Shown: in pieces, positions 8,186 to 18,589 of the stretch
Layout of the letters: each line of letters opens with the position of its first letter
How positions within the stretch are numbered: position 1 is the stretch's first letter
NCBI GenBank assembly: GCA_963664435.2
Contig: CAXXKM010000001.1
Coordinates: 1,184,001-1,248,000, forward strand
Source: Longimicrobiales bacterium
GTDB lineage: Bacteria > Gemmatimonadota > Gemmatimonadetes > Longimicrobiales > Gaopeijiaceae
DNA: 64,000 bases
Direction: 5' to 3'
Notes under the pieces: model-generated
The model's database searches: none
What the model saw: only the letters and a program-made list of their open reading frames with translations
What the model was told of the DNA's origin: nothing
Translations under genes and position numbers: made by a program

Positions 8186-11104
8186 ATGGTGCATCCAAGG
8201 TCGGACTACACAAACCTGCACGCCGGCATCGCCCGGCTGAGGAGGGCGGCCCTTGTCGCCGTGGCGATGATTCCGCTGGCGGTGGCGTTCGGGTTCGCGA
8301 CGCCCCGCACGGTTGACGCCCAGGAAAACGGTCAGGTGATCGGCCAGGTGACCGATCAGGCCACAGGTCGCCCGCTGGTTCAGGTGCAGGTCTACCTGGC
8401 GGGCACCGGGCTGGGGACCCTGACCCGGGGCGACGGCCGCTTCCTGCTCCTGAACGTCCCCGCGGGCAACTACACCCTGACCGCGGAGCGCATCGGCATG
8501 CGCACGGCAACGGCGCAGATCACGGTCGATGCCGGCCAGTCCACCACGGCCGACCTGCAGCTGGAGGAGGAGGCGCTCGGGCTGGACGAGATCGTGGTCA
8601 CCGGCACCGCCGGGCAGGCGCGCCGCCGCGAGGTCGGCACCTCCGTCGCCCAGGTGGATGTGGCCACCCTGGCCGACCCGGTGCCCACGGTCGACCAGCT
8701 GCTCTCCGCGCGGGCGCCCGGCGTGGTCGCCGTCCGGACTTCCGGAATGTCCGGCTCCGGCTCGCAGATCCGCCTGCGCGGCAACGTGAGCGTGGCGATG
8801 TCGAACCAGCCGCTCGTCTACGTGGACGGCGTGCGCATCCGCAGTGACGGCCTGGCGCTGAACCACGCCGTCGGTCAGCACGTCGCCTTCGGCCCCAAGG
8901 ACGTGATGGGGCCGCTGAACGACATCAACCCCAGCGACATCGAGCGCATCGAGATCGTCAAGGGTCCGGCCGCGACCGCACTCTACGGCACGGAAGCGGC
9001 GGGCGGCGTCATCCAGATCTTCACCAAGCGCGGCTCGGGCGGCGACGCGCAGTGGAGCGCGCAGATCGACCAGGGCGTCAACTGGGTCCAGGAGTTCGGC
9101 CCTCCCAACGCGCCCTATATGAGGCTCGATCCCTGGCTCCGCAACGGCCACCAGCAGCGGTATTCGCTCTCCGTGCGCGGCGGAACCGAGACCGTCTCCT
9201 ACTACGTGTCCGGCAGCATGGACAACAACGAGGGCATCCTGCCCAACGACGCCGACCAGAAGTACCTGGGACGCATCAACCTGGGATTTCAGCCCCGCAG
9301 CGACCTCGACGTTCAGCTGACCACATCGATCACGCGCCAGCACGTCGAGAATTCGCCCAGCGGATCGAGCCCCTACAGCATTTCCCACAACGGCTACAAG
9401 AGGGCGCCCGCCCGCCAGGCCCACGCCACGTATGTGCGCACATGGGAGGAGGACGTCATCTGGCGGCTCCTCGACTACGAGATCGACACGGACGTGGATC
9501 GCGTGGTGGCCGGCATCACCACGACCTACACGCCGATGCCGCGCTTCACCAATCGGCTCACGCTGGGGCTCGACCGCCTTGCCAGCGACATGCGCAACGT
9601 CCGGCCCTTCGGCTACGTGAACGACCCCACGGGTTCCGTCTCCGACCGCACCTGGACCGCCGAACAGCTCACCGCCGACTACGTGGGCAGCTTTGATCTG
9701 CGCCTGACCGAAAGCTTCCGCACCAGCCTCTCCTGGGGCGGGCAGTCGATCGTTGCGCGCGACACCGATCTGGGGGCGAGCACGAACACGCTCCCCGGAC
9801 CCGGCGAGCACACGGTCACCAGCGGCGCATCCTATCAGGCCCGGGAGGCACGCTCGCGCGTCGTCAACGCGGGCATCTTCGGTCAGACCCTGCTCGACTT
9901 CAGCGACCGCTACTTCCTGACCCTGGCGCTGCGCATCGACGGCAACAGCGCCTTCGGCGAGGACTTCGGCCTCCAGCCCTACCCGCGCGCCACTTTCTCG
10001 TGGGTGGTTTCCGACGAGAGCTTCTGGTCTCCGGACTTCGGCGAGATGAAGTTCCGCGTTGCCTGGGGACACGCCGGGAGGGCTCCGGGCGCCTTCGACG
10101 CCGTGCGAACCTGGCAGCCGATTCCCTGGCTCGGCCAAACCTCCTTCAATCCGCTCAACGTGGGCAACCGCGACCTGGGGCCCGAGCGCACCGTCGAACT
10201 CGAAGCCGGCATCGACGGCGTAATGCTCGACGAGCGCCTCAGGATCGGCTTCACCTACTACGACCAGGAGACCCGCGACGCGCTCGTCCCGGTGCAGCTG
10301 GTCCCGAGCCTCGGCTTCACGGGCTCGCAGCTGCGCAACGTGGGCGTGTTGTCGAACAAGGGCATCGAGCTCGACGTGAACGGCACCGTGATTCAGAGCC
10401 GCGCGCTCAGTTGGGACCTGGGGGTCACGCTCTACACCAACAAGAGCGAGGCGGTGGATCTCGGCGGCAACGCCGGATTCGGTGTCAGCGGGGGTGGATG
10501 GCTCGAGGAGGGACAACCGGTACCCGCGGTCCGCTACGACCGGCTGACGAACCCCGACCAGATCGGGGAGCCCGTTGTCGAGCGGAATCACATCTGGGGC
10601 CCGAACCAGCCCACGCTGACCATCACCCCCAACACCTCTCTCGCCCTGGGGGGCGGCATCACGATTTCGGCGCGCGGCGAGTACCTCGGTGGCCACTACA
10701 TCTTCGACCGCCAGAGCACCACCTCGGCCCAGCGCGGTCAGGTCAGTCCGCTTTGCGACGATGCCGTGCCGAGCCTTCAGGCTGGCCAGCGCGCCCAGTT
10801 GACGGCCTTCGACATCTACGCGTGCAGCGGCGAATTCAGCGCGCACCTCGTCTATCCCAACGACTTCTTCCGAATTCGCGACCTGACCGTGTCGGCACCT
10901 GTGCCGTTCACCGTCCCGGGAACCACCAACGCCACCATGACCCTCTCCGTGCAGAACTTCTGGACGTGGAAGAACGAGGATTTCCTCGCCATGGATCCGG
11001 AGATGGCCGGCAACAATGGGATGGAATCGGGAATCACGCGCGCGATCTGGGAACATCCACCGCCGCCGGCGAGCTTCATCGCCTCCCTCAGGATGGCCTT
11101 CTGA
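8186..11104 (+). CDS. SusC/RagA-like TonB-dependent receptor
   Basis: Signal peptide, carboxypeptidase-regulatory-like N-domain, DEIVVTG, DINPSDIERIEIVKGPAATALYGTEAAGGVIQIFTK plug, RIDGNSAFG, terminal Phe. Confidence 0.9.
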   Translation: MVHPRSDYTNLHAGIARLRRAALVAVAMIPLAVAFGFATPRTVDAQENGQVIGQVTDQATGRPLVQVQVYLAGTGLGTLTRGDGRFLLLNVPAGNYTLTAERIGMRTATAQITVDAGQSTTADLQLEEEALGLDEIVVTGTAGQARRREVGTSVAQVDVATLADPVPTVDQLLSARAPGVVAVRTSGMSGSGSQIRLRGNVSVAMSNQPLVYVDGVRIRSDGLALNHAVGQHVAFGPKDVMGPLNDINPSDIERIEIVKGPAATALYGTEAAGGVIQIFTKRGSGGDAQWSAQIDQGVNWVQEFGPPNAPYMRLDPWLRNGHQQRYSLSVRGGTETVSYYVSGSMDNNEGILPNDADQKYLGRINLGFQPRSDLDVQLTTSITRQHVENSPSGSSPYSISHNGYKRAPARQAHATYVRTWEEDVIWRLLDYEIDTDVDRVVAGITTTYTPMPRFTNRLTLGLDRLASDMRNVRPFGYVNDPTGSVSDRTWTAEQLTADYVGSFDLRLTESFRTSLSWGGQSIVARDTDLGASTNTLPGPGEHTVTSGASYQAREARSRVVNAGIFGQTLLDFSDRYFLTLALRIDGNSAFGEDFGLQPYPRATFSWVVSDESFWSPDFGEMKFRVAWGHAGRAPGAFDAVRTWQPIPWLGQTSFNPLNVGNRDLGPERTVELEAGIDGVMLDERLRIGFTYYDQETRDALVPVQLVPSLGFTGSQLRNVGVLSNKGIELDVNGTVIQSRALSWDLGVTLYTNKSEAVDLGGNAGFGVSGGGWLEEGQPVPAVRYDRLTNPDQIGEPVVERNHIWGPNQPTLTITPNTSLALGGGITISARGEYLGGHYIFDRQSTTSAQRGQVSPLCDDAVPSLQAGQRAQLTAFDIYACSGEFSAHLVYPNDFFRIRDLTVSAPVPFTVPGTTNATMTLSVQNFWTWKNEDFLAMDPEMAGNNGMESGITRAIWEHPPPPASFIASLRMAF

Positions 11105-11160
11105 TGCGGCGGGCGAACGAGGAGAGAGCGAACAGCGATAACAAGAAGGAGTCGTTGAAG

Positions 11161-12429
11161 ATGCGCATACAGCAAACCACCACAGGCGGGCGCCGGATCG
11201 CGCGGCTGGTGGCCCTGGCCGCCCTCGCCGCCACCGGCTGCGATCTGGAAGTGACCAATCCCGGCCCCGTCCAGGACGAATTCCTTAACGACACCCAGGC
11301 GTTCCCGTCGGTGCTGCAGGGCGTTCGACGCGCAAACGCGCTCGCGTACACGCGTCTGGCCTACGACTCGGGGCTGACGAGCTTCGAGGGAACGCCGGGA
11401 GGGCTGGTCGACTCGGAGTTCTACAACGGGAAGCTCACCTCGGAAAACGTGGACGATCACTGGGAGCGGGCCCAGCAGGCGCGCTGGATGGCGGAGGACG
11501 GCGTGCGCCGACTGCGCGACGCTCTGGGCGGCGAGTTCAGCTCAAACGAGATCGCCGGCAGGCTTCTGGTGCTGTCCGGCTTCGCCAACCGCACGCTGGG
11601 CCACAACATGTGCATCGCCGTGTTCGATGGAGGTCCCGAACAGCCCTCCACCGACTTTCTGACACGCGCAGAGGAACACTTCACCGAGGCCATCGGCGTC
11701 GGCAACGCCGCCGGAGCGTCCGACATCGCGCTCGCCGCCCAGGCCGGGCGCGCTGACGTGCGCATGTGGCTCGGAGACTGGAGCGGCGCCCGGAGCGACG
11801 CCACCGGCATCCCCGAGGACTTCGTCTTCCAGCTGCACCATTACGATCTGGACGATTTTCCGGATCCCAACGAGGTCTACTTCCGCGGGGCGTCGGACCC
11901 GTGGCGGGAGTACACCATCTGGGGCACCTTCGCCGAGAGCTACTACGCCGAGACCGGCGACCCGCGCATGGGGTGGTTCGAGATCGCGGACGCCGTCACC
12001 ATGGTGTACAACCTGCCCTTCTATGTACAGAAGAAGTTCACCAGCAAGACATCGCCGCACACCCTCGCATCAGGACGGGAAATGATCCTGATTCAGGCGG
12101 AGGAGATCCTGGCCAACAACCCGGGGAACTTCCAGGCGGCGATGGATCTCATCAACCAGGTCCGCACGAGCGTGGTGAGCGACCACACCGGCGAGGCCCT
12201 GCCGCCCGCAACCGCCGCCAACGCGACCGAGGCATGGACCGCGCTCAAGCAGGAGCGGCGCGTGGAGCTGTGGTTCGACAACCGTCGTTTCGCCGACCTG
12301 CGCCGCTGGGGCCTACAGTCAAGGCCGGGCGCCACCCCCATGGAGGACATGTCGGGGCGCAGCAACTGCTTCCCCGTCGGGGTCAGCGAGATCGACACCA
12401 ACTCGAACCCTCTCAATCGCGTCAGCTGA
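11161..12429 (+). CDS. SusD/RagB-like lipoprotein
   Basis: Lipobox ATGC followed by DLEVTNPG; ILIQAE, LINQVR, ERRVELWFDNRRFADLRRW, FPV..EIDTN; directly after the SusC-like gene. Confidence 0.85.
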   Translation: MRIQQTTTGGRRIARLVALAALAATGCDLEVTNPGPVQDEFLNDTQAFPSVLQGVRRANALAYTRLAYDSGLTSFEGTPGGLVDSEFYNGKLTSENVDDHWERAQQARWMAEDGVRRLRDALGGEFSSNEIAGRLLVLSGFANRTLGHNMCIAVFDGGPEQPSTDFLTRAEEHFTEAIGVGNAAGASDIALAAQAGRADVRMWLGDWSGARSDATGIPEDFVFQLHHYDLDDFPDPNEVYFRGASDPWREYTIWGTFAESYYAETGDPRMGWFEIADAVTMVYNLPFYVQKKFTSKTSPHTLASGREMILIQAEEILANNPGNFQAAMDLINQVRTSVVSDHTGEALPPATAANATEAWTALKQERRVELWFDNRRFADLRRWGLQSRPGATPMEDMSGRSNCFPVGVSEIDTNSNPLNRVS

Positions 12430-12468
12430 ACTGAAGCCGGTGCGGGGGGAGCCCTCCAGGAGGTTTTC

Positions 12469-13746
12469 GTGCAAAAAGGTACCGTCGATGCTGGCGAGAA
12501 CGTCATCTTCGACTGGAACCAGTTGCACAAGCGGGCTCCTCTCGCACCCGGTCGCTTCGACCTGGTGGACGAGACTCTGAGGGACGGCCTTCAGTCACCC
12601 TCGGTCACCGATCCCAGCATTGAGCAGAAGATCGAGCTCATCCACCTCATGGAGGACCTCGGCATCCGGATGGCGGATGTCGGGCTTCCCGGGGCAGGTA
12701 CGCGGGCGCAGGACGATGTCCGGGCTCTGGTCGAGGAGATTCGCGACAGCCGCATGAAGCTGACGCCCATGTGCGCCGCCCGTACCATGGTGCGCGACGT
12801 GGAGCCGATCGCCGACATCGCCCAGAAGACGGGCATGCCGATCGAAGTCTACGCCTTCATCGGCTCGAGCCCCATCCGTCTTTTCGTCGAGTCCTGGAGC
12901 GTCGATACGCTCCTGCGCCGCATCGACGAGACCGTGACCTTCGCCATGCGCGAAGGACTCGAGGTCTGCATCGTGACCGAGGACACCACCCGGTCGCGGC
13001 CGGATGTGCTGGATCCTCTCTTCCGCGCCGCGATCCGCCTGGGGGTGCGCCGCCTCTGCCTGTGCGACACCGTGGGACACGTCACCCCGGACGGAATGAA
13101 GAACCTGTTCGACTGGACCCACTCGCTGATCCGCGGCATGGGTGAGCCCGTCGAACTGGACTGGCACGGCCACAACGACCGCGGCCTGGGCGTCACCAAC
13201 GCCATCCTGGCCATCGAGTACGGCGCCACCCGGGCCCACGGCACCGGACTGGGCGTGGGCGAGCGGGTCGGGAACGCCTCCATCGACCAGATGCTGCTGA
13301 ACCTCAAACTGCTGGGCGAGTGGGACCACGACCTGTCGAAGCTCGGCCGCTACTGCCAGGCGGTGTCACGCTATTGCAGGGTGGACATCCACCCCAGCTA
13401 CCCCATGGCCGGGCGCGATGCCTTCCGCACGGGCACCGGGGTGCACGCGGCGGCGATCATAAAGGCCCTCAAGCGGGGGGACCGGCGGCTGGCCGACCGT
13501 GTGTATTCGGGCGTGCCCGCCAACTGGTTCGGCCGGGAACAGGAGATCGAGATCGGCCACATGAGCGGGCTGTCCAACGTCAGCTACTGGCTGGCCTCGC
13601 GCCGCATTCCCGTCGACGACGAACTGTGCTCCGCCATTCTTGCCCGCGCCAAGTCCTCCAACCGCATCCTCACCGATGATGAGGTGATGGACATCGTGCG
13701 GGCGCACCGCGGCGACCCGGTGGAGGAGGCGATCGCCGAAGGCTGA
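12469..13746 (+). CDS. LeuA/homocitrate-synthase-like DRE-TIM acyl-CoA condensing enzyme lacking the C-terminal regulatory domain
   Basis: RBS GGAGG plus GTG; DETLRDGLQ, LCDTVG, HGHNDRG, GERVGN, GVHAAAI; only 425 aa. Confidence 0.8.
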   Translation: MQKGTVDAGENVIFDWNQLHKRAPLAPGRFDLVDETLRDGLQSPSVTDPSIEQKIELIHLMEDLGIRMADVGLPGAGTRAQDDVRALVEEIRDSRMKLTPMCAARTMVRDVEPIADIAQKTGMPIEVYAFIGSSPIRLFVESWSVDTLLRRIDETVTFAMREGLEVCIVTEDTTRSRPDVLDPLFRAAIRLGVRRLCLCDTVGHVTPDGMKNLFDWTHSLIRGMGEPVELDWHGHNDRGLGVTNAILAIEYGATRAHGTGLGVGERVGNASIDQMLLNLKLLGEWDHDLSKLGRYCQAVSRYCRVDIHPSYPMAGRDAFRTGTGVHAAAIIKALKRGDRRLADRVYSGVPANWFGREQEIEIGHMSGLSNVSYWLASRRIPVDDELCSAILARAKSSNRILTDDEVMDIVRAHRGDPVEEAIAEG

Positions 13747-13799
13747 GGACCGCGAACGGCAGCGGCTGCGCCCGGCCCGTTGCGCCCGGGCCGACAAGT

Positions 13800-14309
13800 C
13801 TACCTGCTCAGGTGCAGCGTCAACCCCAGCATGAATTCGGTGATGGGCCCCCCTCCCGCTGACGCAGGGTCTCCCTCGATCGACAGGAGCAGCCCGAGGC
13901 CGAGCGCGGCCCCCACGCCCGCCGCCAGCCAGGTGCGGGTCTGGTTCAACTCTCGGCGGGAGATGGCCTCGATGTCGGATACCGCGAAGGAAACAGGATC
14001 CGTCGTCACCGACCCCAACTCCGGCAGCAAATCGAGGCGTCCGGCGTCCAGGTCGACCACGGTGCCTTCGACCTGCGTCCTCCTCTCCAGTTGCGCGGGG
14101 AGTCGGTCGACGGCCTGATCGAACACGCGCAAGCGCACCGCTTCGCCCGGCGCCACGGTCTCCACCCCCACCTGGGTATAGCTGTAGCAGCCGGTCGCGA
14201 GTGGAAGTGCGAGCGGGAGAAGCAGCGTGGCGACTCGCGGCAGCCTGCCGGGGAAGGCGCAACGGCGTCGCGATGTTCGGACCGGGTTCCGACGATTCAG
14301 GGGCAACAT
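13800..14309 (-). CDS. Hypothetical lipoprotein, paralog of 24492-25001; start uncertain
   Basis: Lipobox LATGC-YSY; late hydrophobic helix; convergent with the LeuA-like gene. Confidence 0.65.
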   Translation of the reverse strand: MLPLNRRNPVRTSRRRCAFPGRLPRVATLLLPLALPLATGCYSYTQVGVETVAPGEAVRLRVFDQAVDRLPAQLERRTQVEGTVVDLDAGRLDLLPELGSVTTDPVSFAVSDIEAISRRELNQTRTWLAAGVGAALGLGLLLSIEGDPASAGGGPITEFMLGLTLHLSR

Positions 14310-14641
14310 CCGTACGAAGGCCCTCGGGTTTTGAGGTCGGTCAAGCGGGTTGGGAGCGCAATATCAGCGAGCACCTGCGCACAGGGCTGCGGGGGAAAAC
14401 GGGACACGGACCGGCCGTTCCACCCGTCCAAATGTAATGTCGCGTCCGAGGAATGTCGCGATTGGACGAGGCACCCCGTCCGCAGGGCGTGCGCAACACT
14501 TCAACTTCCCTCGTTGTCCCCAAGGATAACCTGCCGCGTGCTGCGGAGCCCGTTCCACGGCGCTCATTTCCCGCCGAGCAGTCCTCGCCGCCGCAGCGAG
14601 GCCAAAGGCCAAACCCTACGCTTCAGAGGAGTTCAACCGAC

Positions 14642-15034
14642 ATGTCGCGATCCATCGCCACCGCCCTCGCCGTGCTGCTGATCCCAGCCTCCGCCACCGC
14701 GCTCTCGGCCCAGAATCCAACTGATTTCGCGGCCGTGCTCGGAGCCTGGGAGATGACCCTGGAAACGCCGCGCGGCAGCATTACCCAGACGCTGACCTTC
14801 GCCGCCGAGGGCGACCAGCTGGAAGGCACGCTCACCGCGCCCAACGGAAGTGTCGAGCTTCAGGAGGTCGCCTTCCAGGACGGCACGCTGACCTTTCGGG
14901 TAACGCGCAACATGCGCAATCGCCAGATTGCCCAGAGCTTCACCGCCACCATCGACGGCGACCAGATGACAGGCACCATCTCCGGCGGCCGGGGTGGAGG
15001 GCGGGAATTCACCGCCATGCGCTCCACCACCTGA
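14642..15034 (+). CDS. Small secreted beta-rich hypothetical protein
   Basis: RBS AGGAG, signal peptide ending ALSA-Q, GAWEMTLETPRG beta-strand pattern. Confidence 0.7.
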   Translation: MSRSIATALAVLLIPASATALSAQNPTDFAAVLGAWEMTLETPRGSITQTLTFAAEGDQLEGTLTAPNGSVELQEVAFQDGTLTFRVTRNMRNRQIAQSFTATIDGDQMTGTISGGRGGGREFTAMRSTT

Positions 15035-15160
15035 CCGCCGCCGGGCGCGCGCGACCGCCCGTTTCGCGTTAGCATCCCTTCCACGACATCGCTCCGTCGC
15101 CGCGCCTTTGCGGCGGTGGGCAGCGACCGGAACCGGGATGCACAACGCGGGAGGAAAACC

Positions 15161-16453
15161 ATGGCCGGGCTGTCACGACGCGCGTTCGTGGGGGCAGGCG
15201 CGGCCGGGGCCGCCGGCGCCTGGCTGACGGGTTGCGGCCAGAGCACGCCGCAGGCCGATGACGGCGCACCCCCGGCCCGGCCGGACGACACCCCCCTCGC
15301 CCGACCGGACGGGGTCGACGACCCGGCATGGGCCCATGTACGGGCGGCCTTCAACCTCGAGGCCGGCATCGCCTACATGAACAACGCCGGCCTGGGCGTG
15401 CCTCCCGGGAGCGTCGCGCGCGCCGTCGCCGACGGGTACCAGGCGGTCTCGCGCGAACCCCGGCGGGCCACCGGCGCACTCCGCGAACTCGTCGCCGGGC
15501 GGGTCCGTCCCGGCCTCGCGGCCTTTCTGGGAGCCGACGTGGACGAGCTCTCCCTGACCCGCAACGCCACCGAGGCGCTGCACCTCAGTGCCGCCGGCTT
15601 CGACCTGCGCCCCGGCGACGAGGTCGTCTTCACCACCCAGGAGCATCCGGCCGGCCGCCGTCCCTGGCAACTGCGGGCCGCCCGCGACGGCATCGCGACC
15701 CGGGAAGTGTTCATTCCCAGCCCCCTGCCCGGCCCCGACCAGGTCGTCGAGGCCTTCGAGGCCGCGCTCACCCCCCGCACCCGGGTGGTCGCCTTCTGCC
15801 ATGTCACCCGGGGCGGGCACCTATATCCGGTCCGCAGGCTCGCGGCCCTCGCGCGCGACCGCGGCATCCTCACCCACGTGGACGGCGCGCAGGCCGTGGG
15901 CATGTTCCCGATCGACCTGCACGCCCTGGGGTGCGACACCTATTCGGCCAGCCTGCACAAGTGGTTCCTGGGCCCCATGGGCACCGGTTTCCTATACGTG
16001 CGCGCGGGCGCAAGAGAGAGCATCCGGTCCGCCTTCGCCTACGACGCCACCCCCGACAACCCGGCGTTCGAGCCCCCCGGCACCAACGATCTGCCGGTCC
16101 GTGCCGCGCTGGCCGCTTCCCTGGCGTTCATGGAACAGGTGGGCATCGACCGCATCGAAGCCCGCACGCGCTTCCTCTCCGACTACCTGAAGGAACGGCT
16201 CGCGGGGATGCCGGGAGCCCGCCTCGTCAGCGGTGCGACCCGCGAGACCAGCGGTCCCGCATCGACCATCTTCGAGATGGACGGCGTCGACGCCGTCGCC
16301 TCGGTGCCGGTCATTGCCGAACGAGCCTCCATCCACATCGACGAACATCGCCGCGACGGTCACGAGGCCATCCGTGTTTCCACGCACGTGTACAACACCG
16401 CGGCGGAGATCGACCGCCTCGTCGAAGCGCTCGCGGGCCTGCGGCCGGCGTAG
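15161..16453 (+). CDS. Tat-exported class V PLP-dependent aminotransferase (isopenicillin-N-epimerase / C-S lyase-like)
   Basis: RBS GGAGGA; SRRAFV Tat motif plus LTGC lipobox; YMNNAG, RNATEAL, HVDGAQ, ASLHKWFLGPMGTG (PLP Lys), IRVSTHVYN. Confidence 0.85.
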   Translation: MAGLSRRAFVGAGAAGAAGAWLTGCGQSTPQADDGAPPARPDDTPLARPDGVDDPAWAHVRAAFNLEAGIAYMNNAGLGVPPGSVARAVADGYQAVSREPRRATGALRELVAGRVRPGLAAFLGADVDELSLTRNATEALHLSAAGFDLRPGDEVVFTTQEHPAGRRPWQLRAARDGIATREVFIPSPLPGPDQVVEAFEAALTPRTRVVAFCHVTRGGHLYPVRRLAALARDRGILTHVDGAQAVGMFPIDLHALGCDTYSASLHKWFLGPMGTGFLYVRAGARESIRSAFAYDATPDNPAFEPPGTNDLPVRAALAASLAFMEQVGIDRIEARTRFLSDYLKERLAGMPGARLVSGATRETSGPASTIFEMDGVDAVASVPVIAERASIHIDEHRRDGHEAIRVSTHVYNTAAEIDRLVEALAGLRPA

Positions 16454-16495
16454 GCCGGGACCGGCCATCGTGCGCGGGCCGCCTCCGTCCCTGCC

Positions 16496-18430
<1,935 letters not shown>

Positions 18431-18589
18431 TGGCGAAGCCCGGGGTTTCGCTGTAGAATCAAGGCTGCGGGGTTGTCTCCGTCCGGGTTGGGGTGCGCCC
18501 CCGGGGAAGGTACCCGCCGGCGGAGAATCTTCGAGCACACCGCACTCGCCGCGAGCGGGCGGGTCAGGCAGAGAAGCGGGGACGACGGC

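Noticed and set aside
5909..11056. Very long antisense ORFs (1715 aa here; also 136-2628, 42117-45017, 49878-52727, 55550-58516)
   Set aside because: Shadows of real genes in high-GC DNA; no recognisable motifs, and the opposite strand holds clear family members
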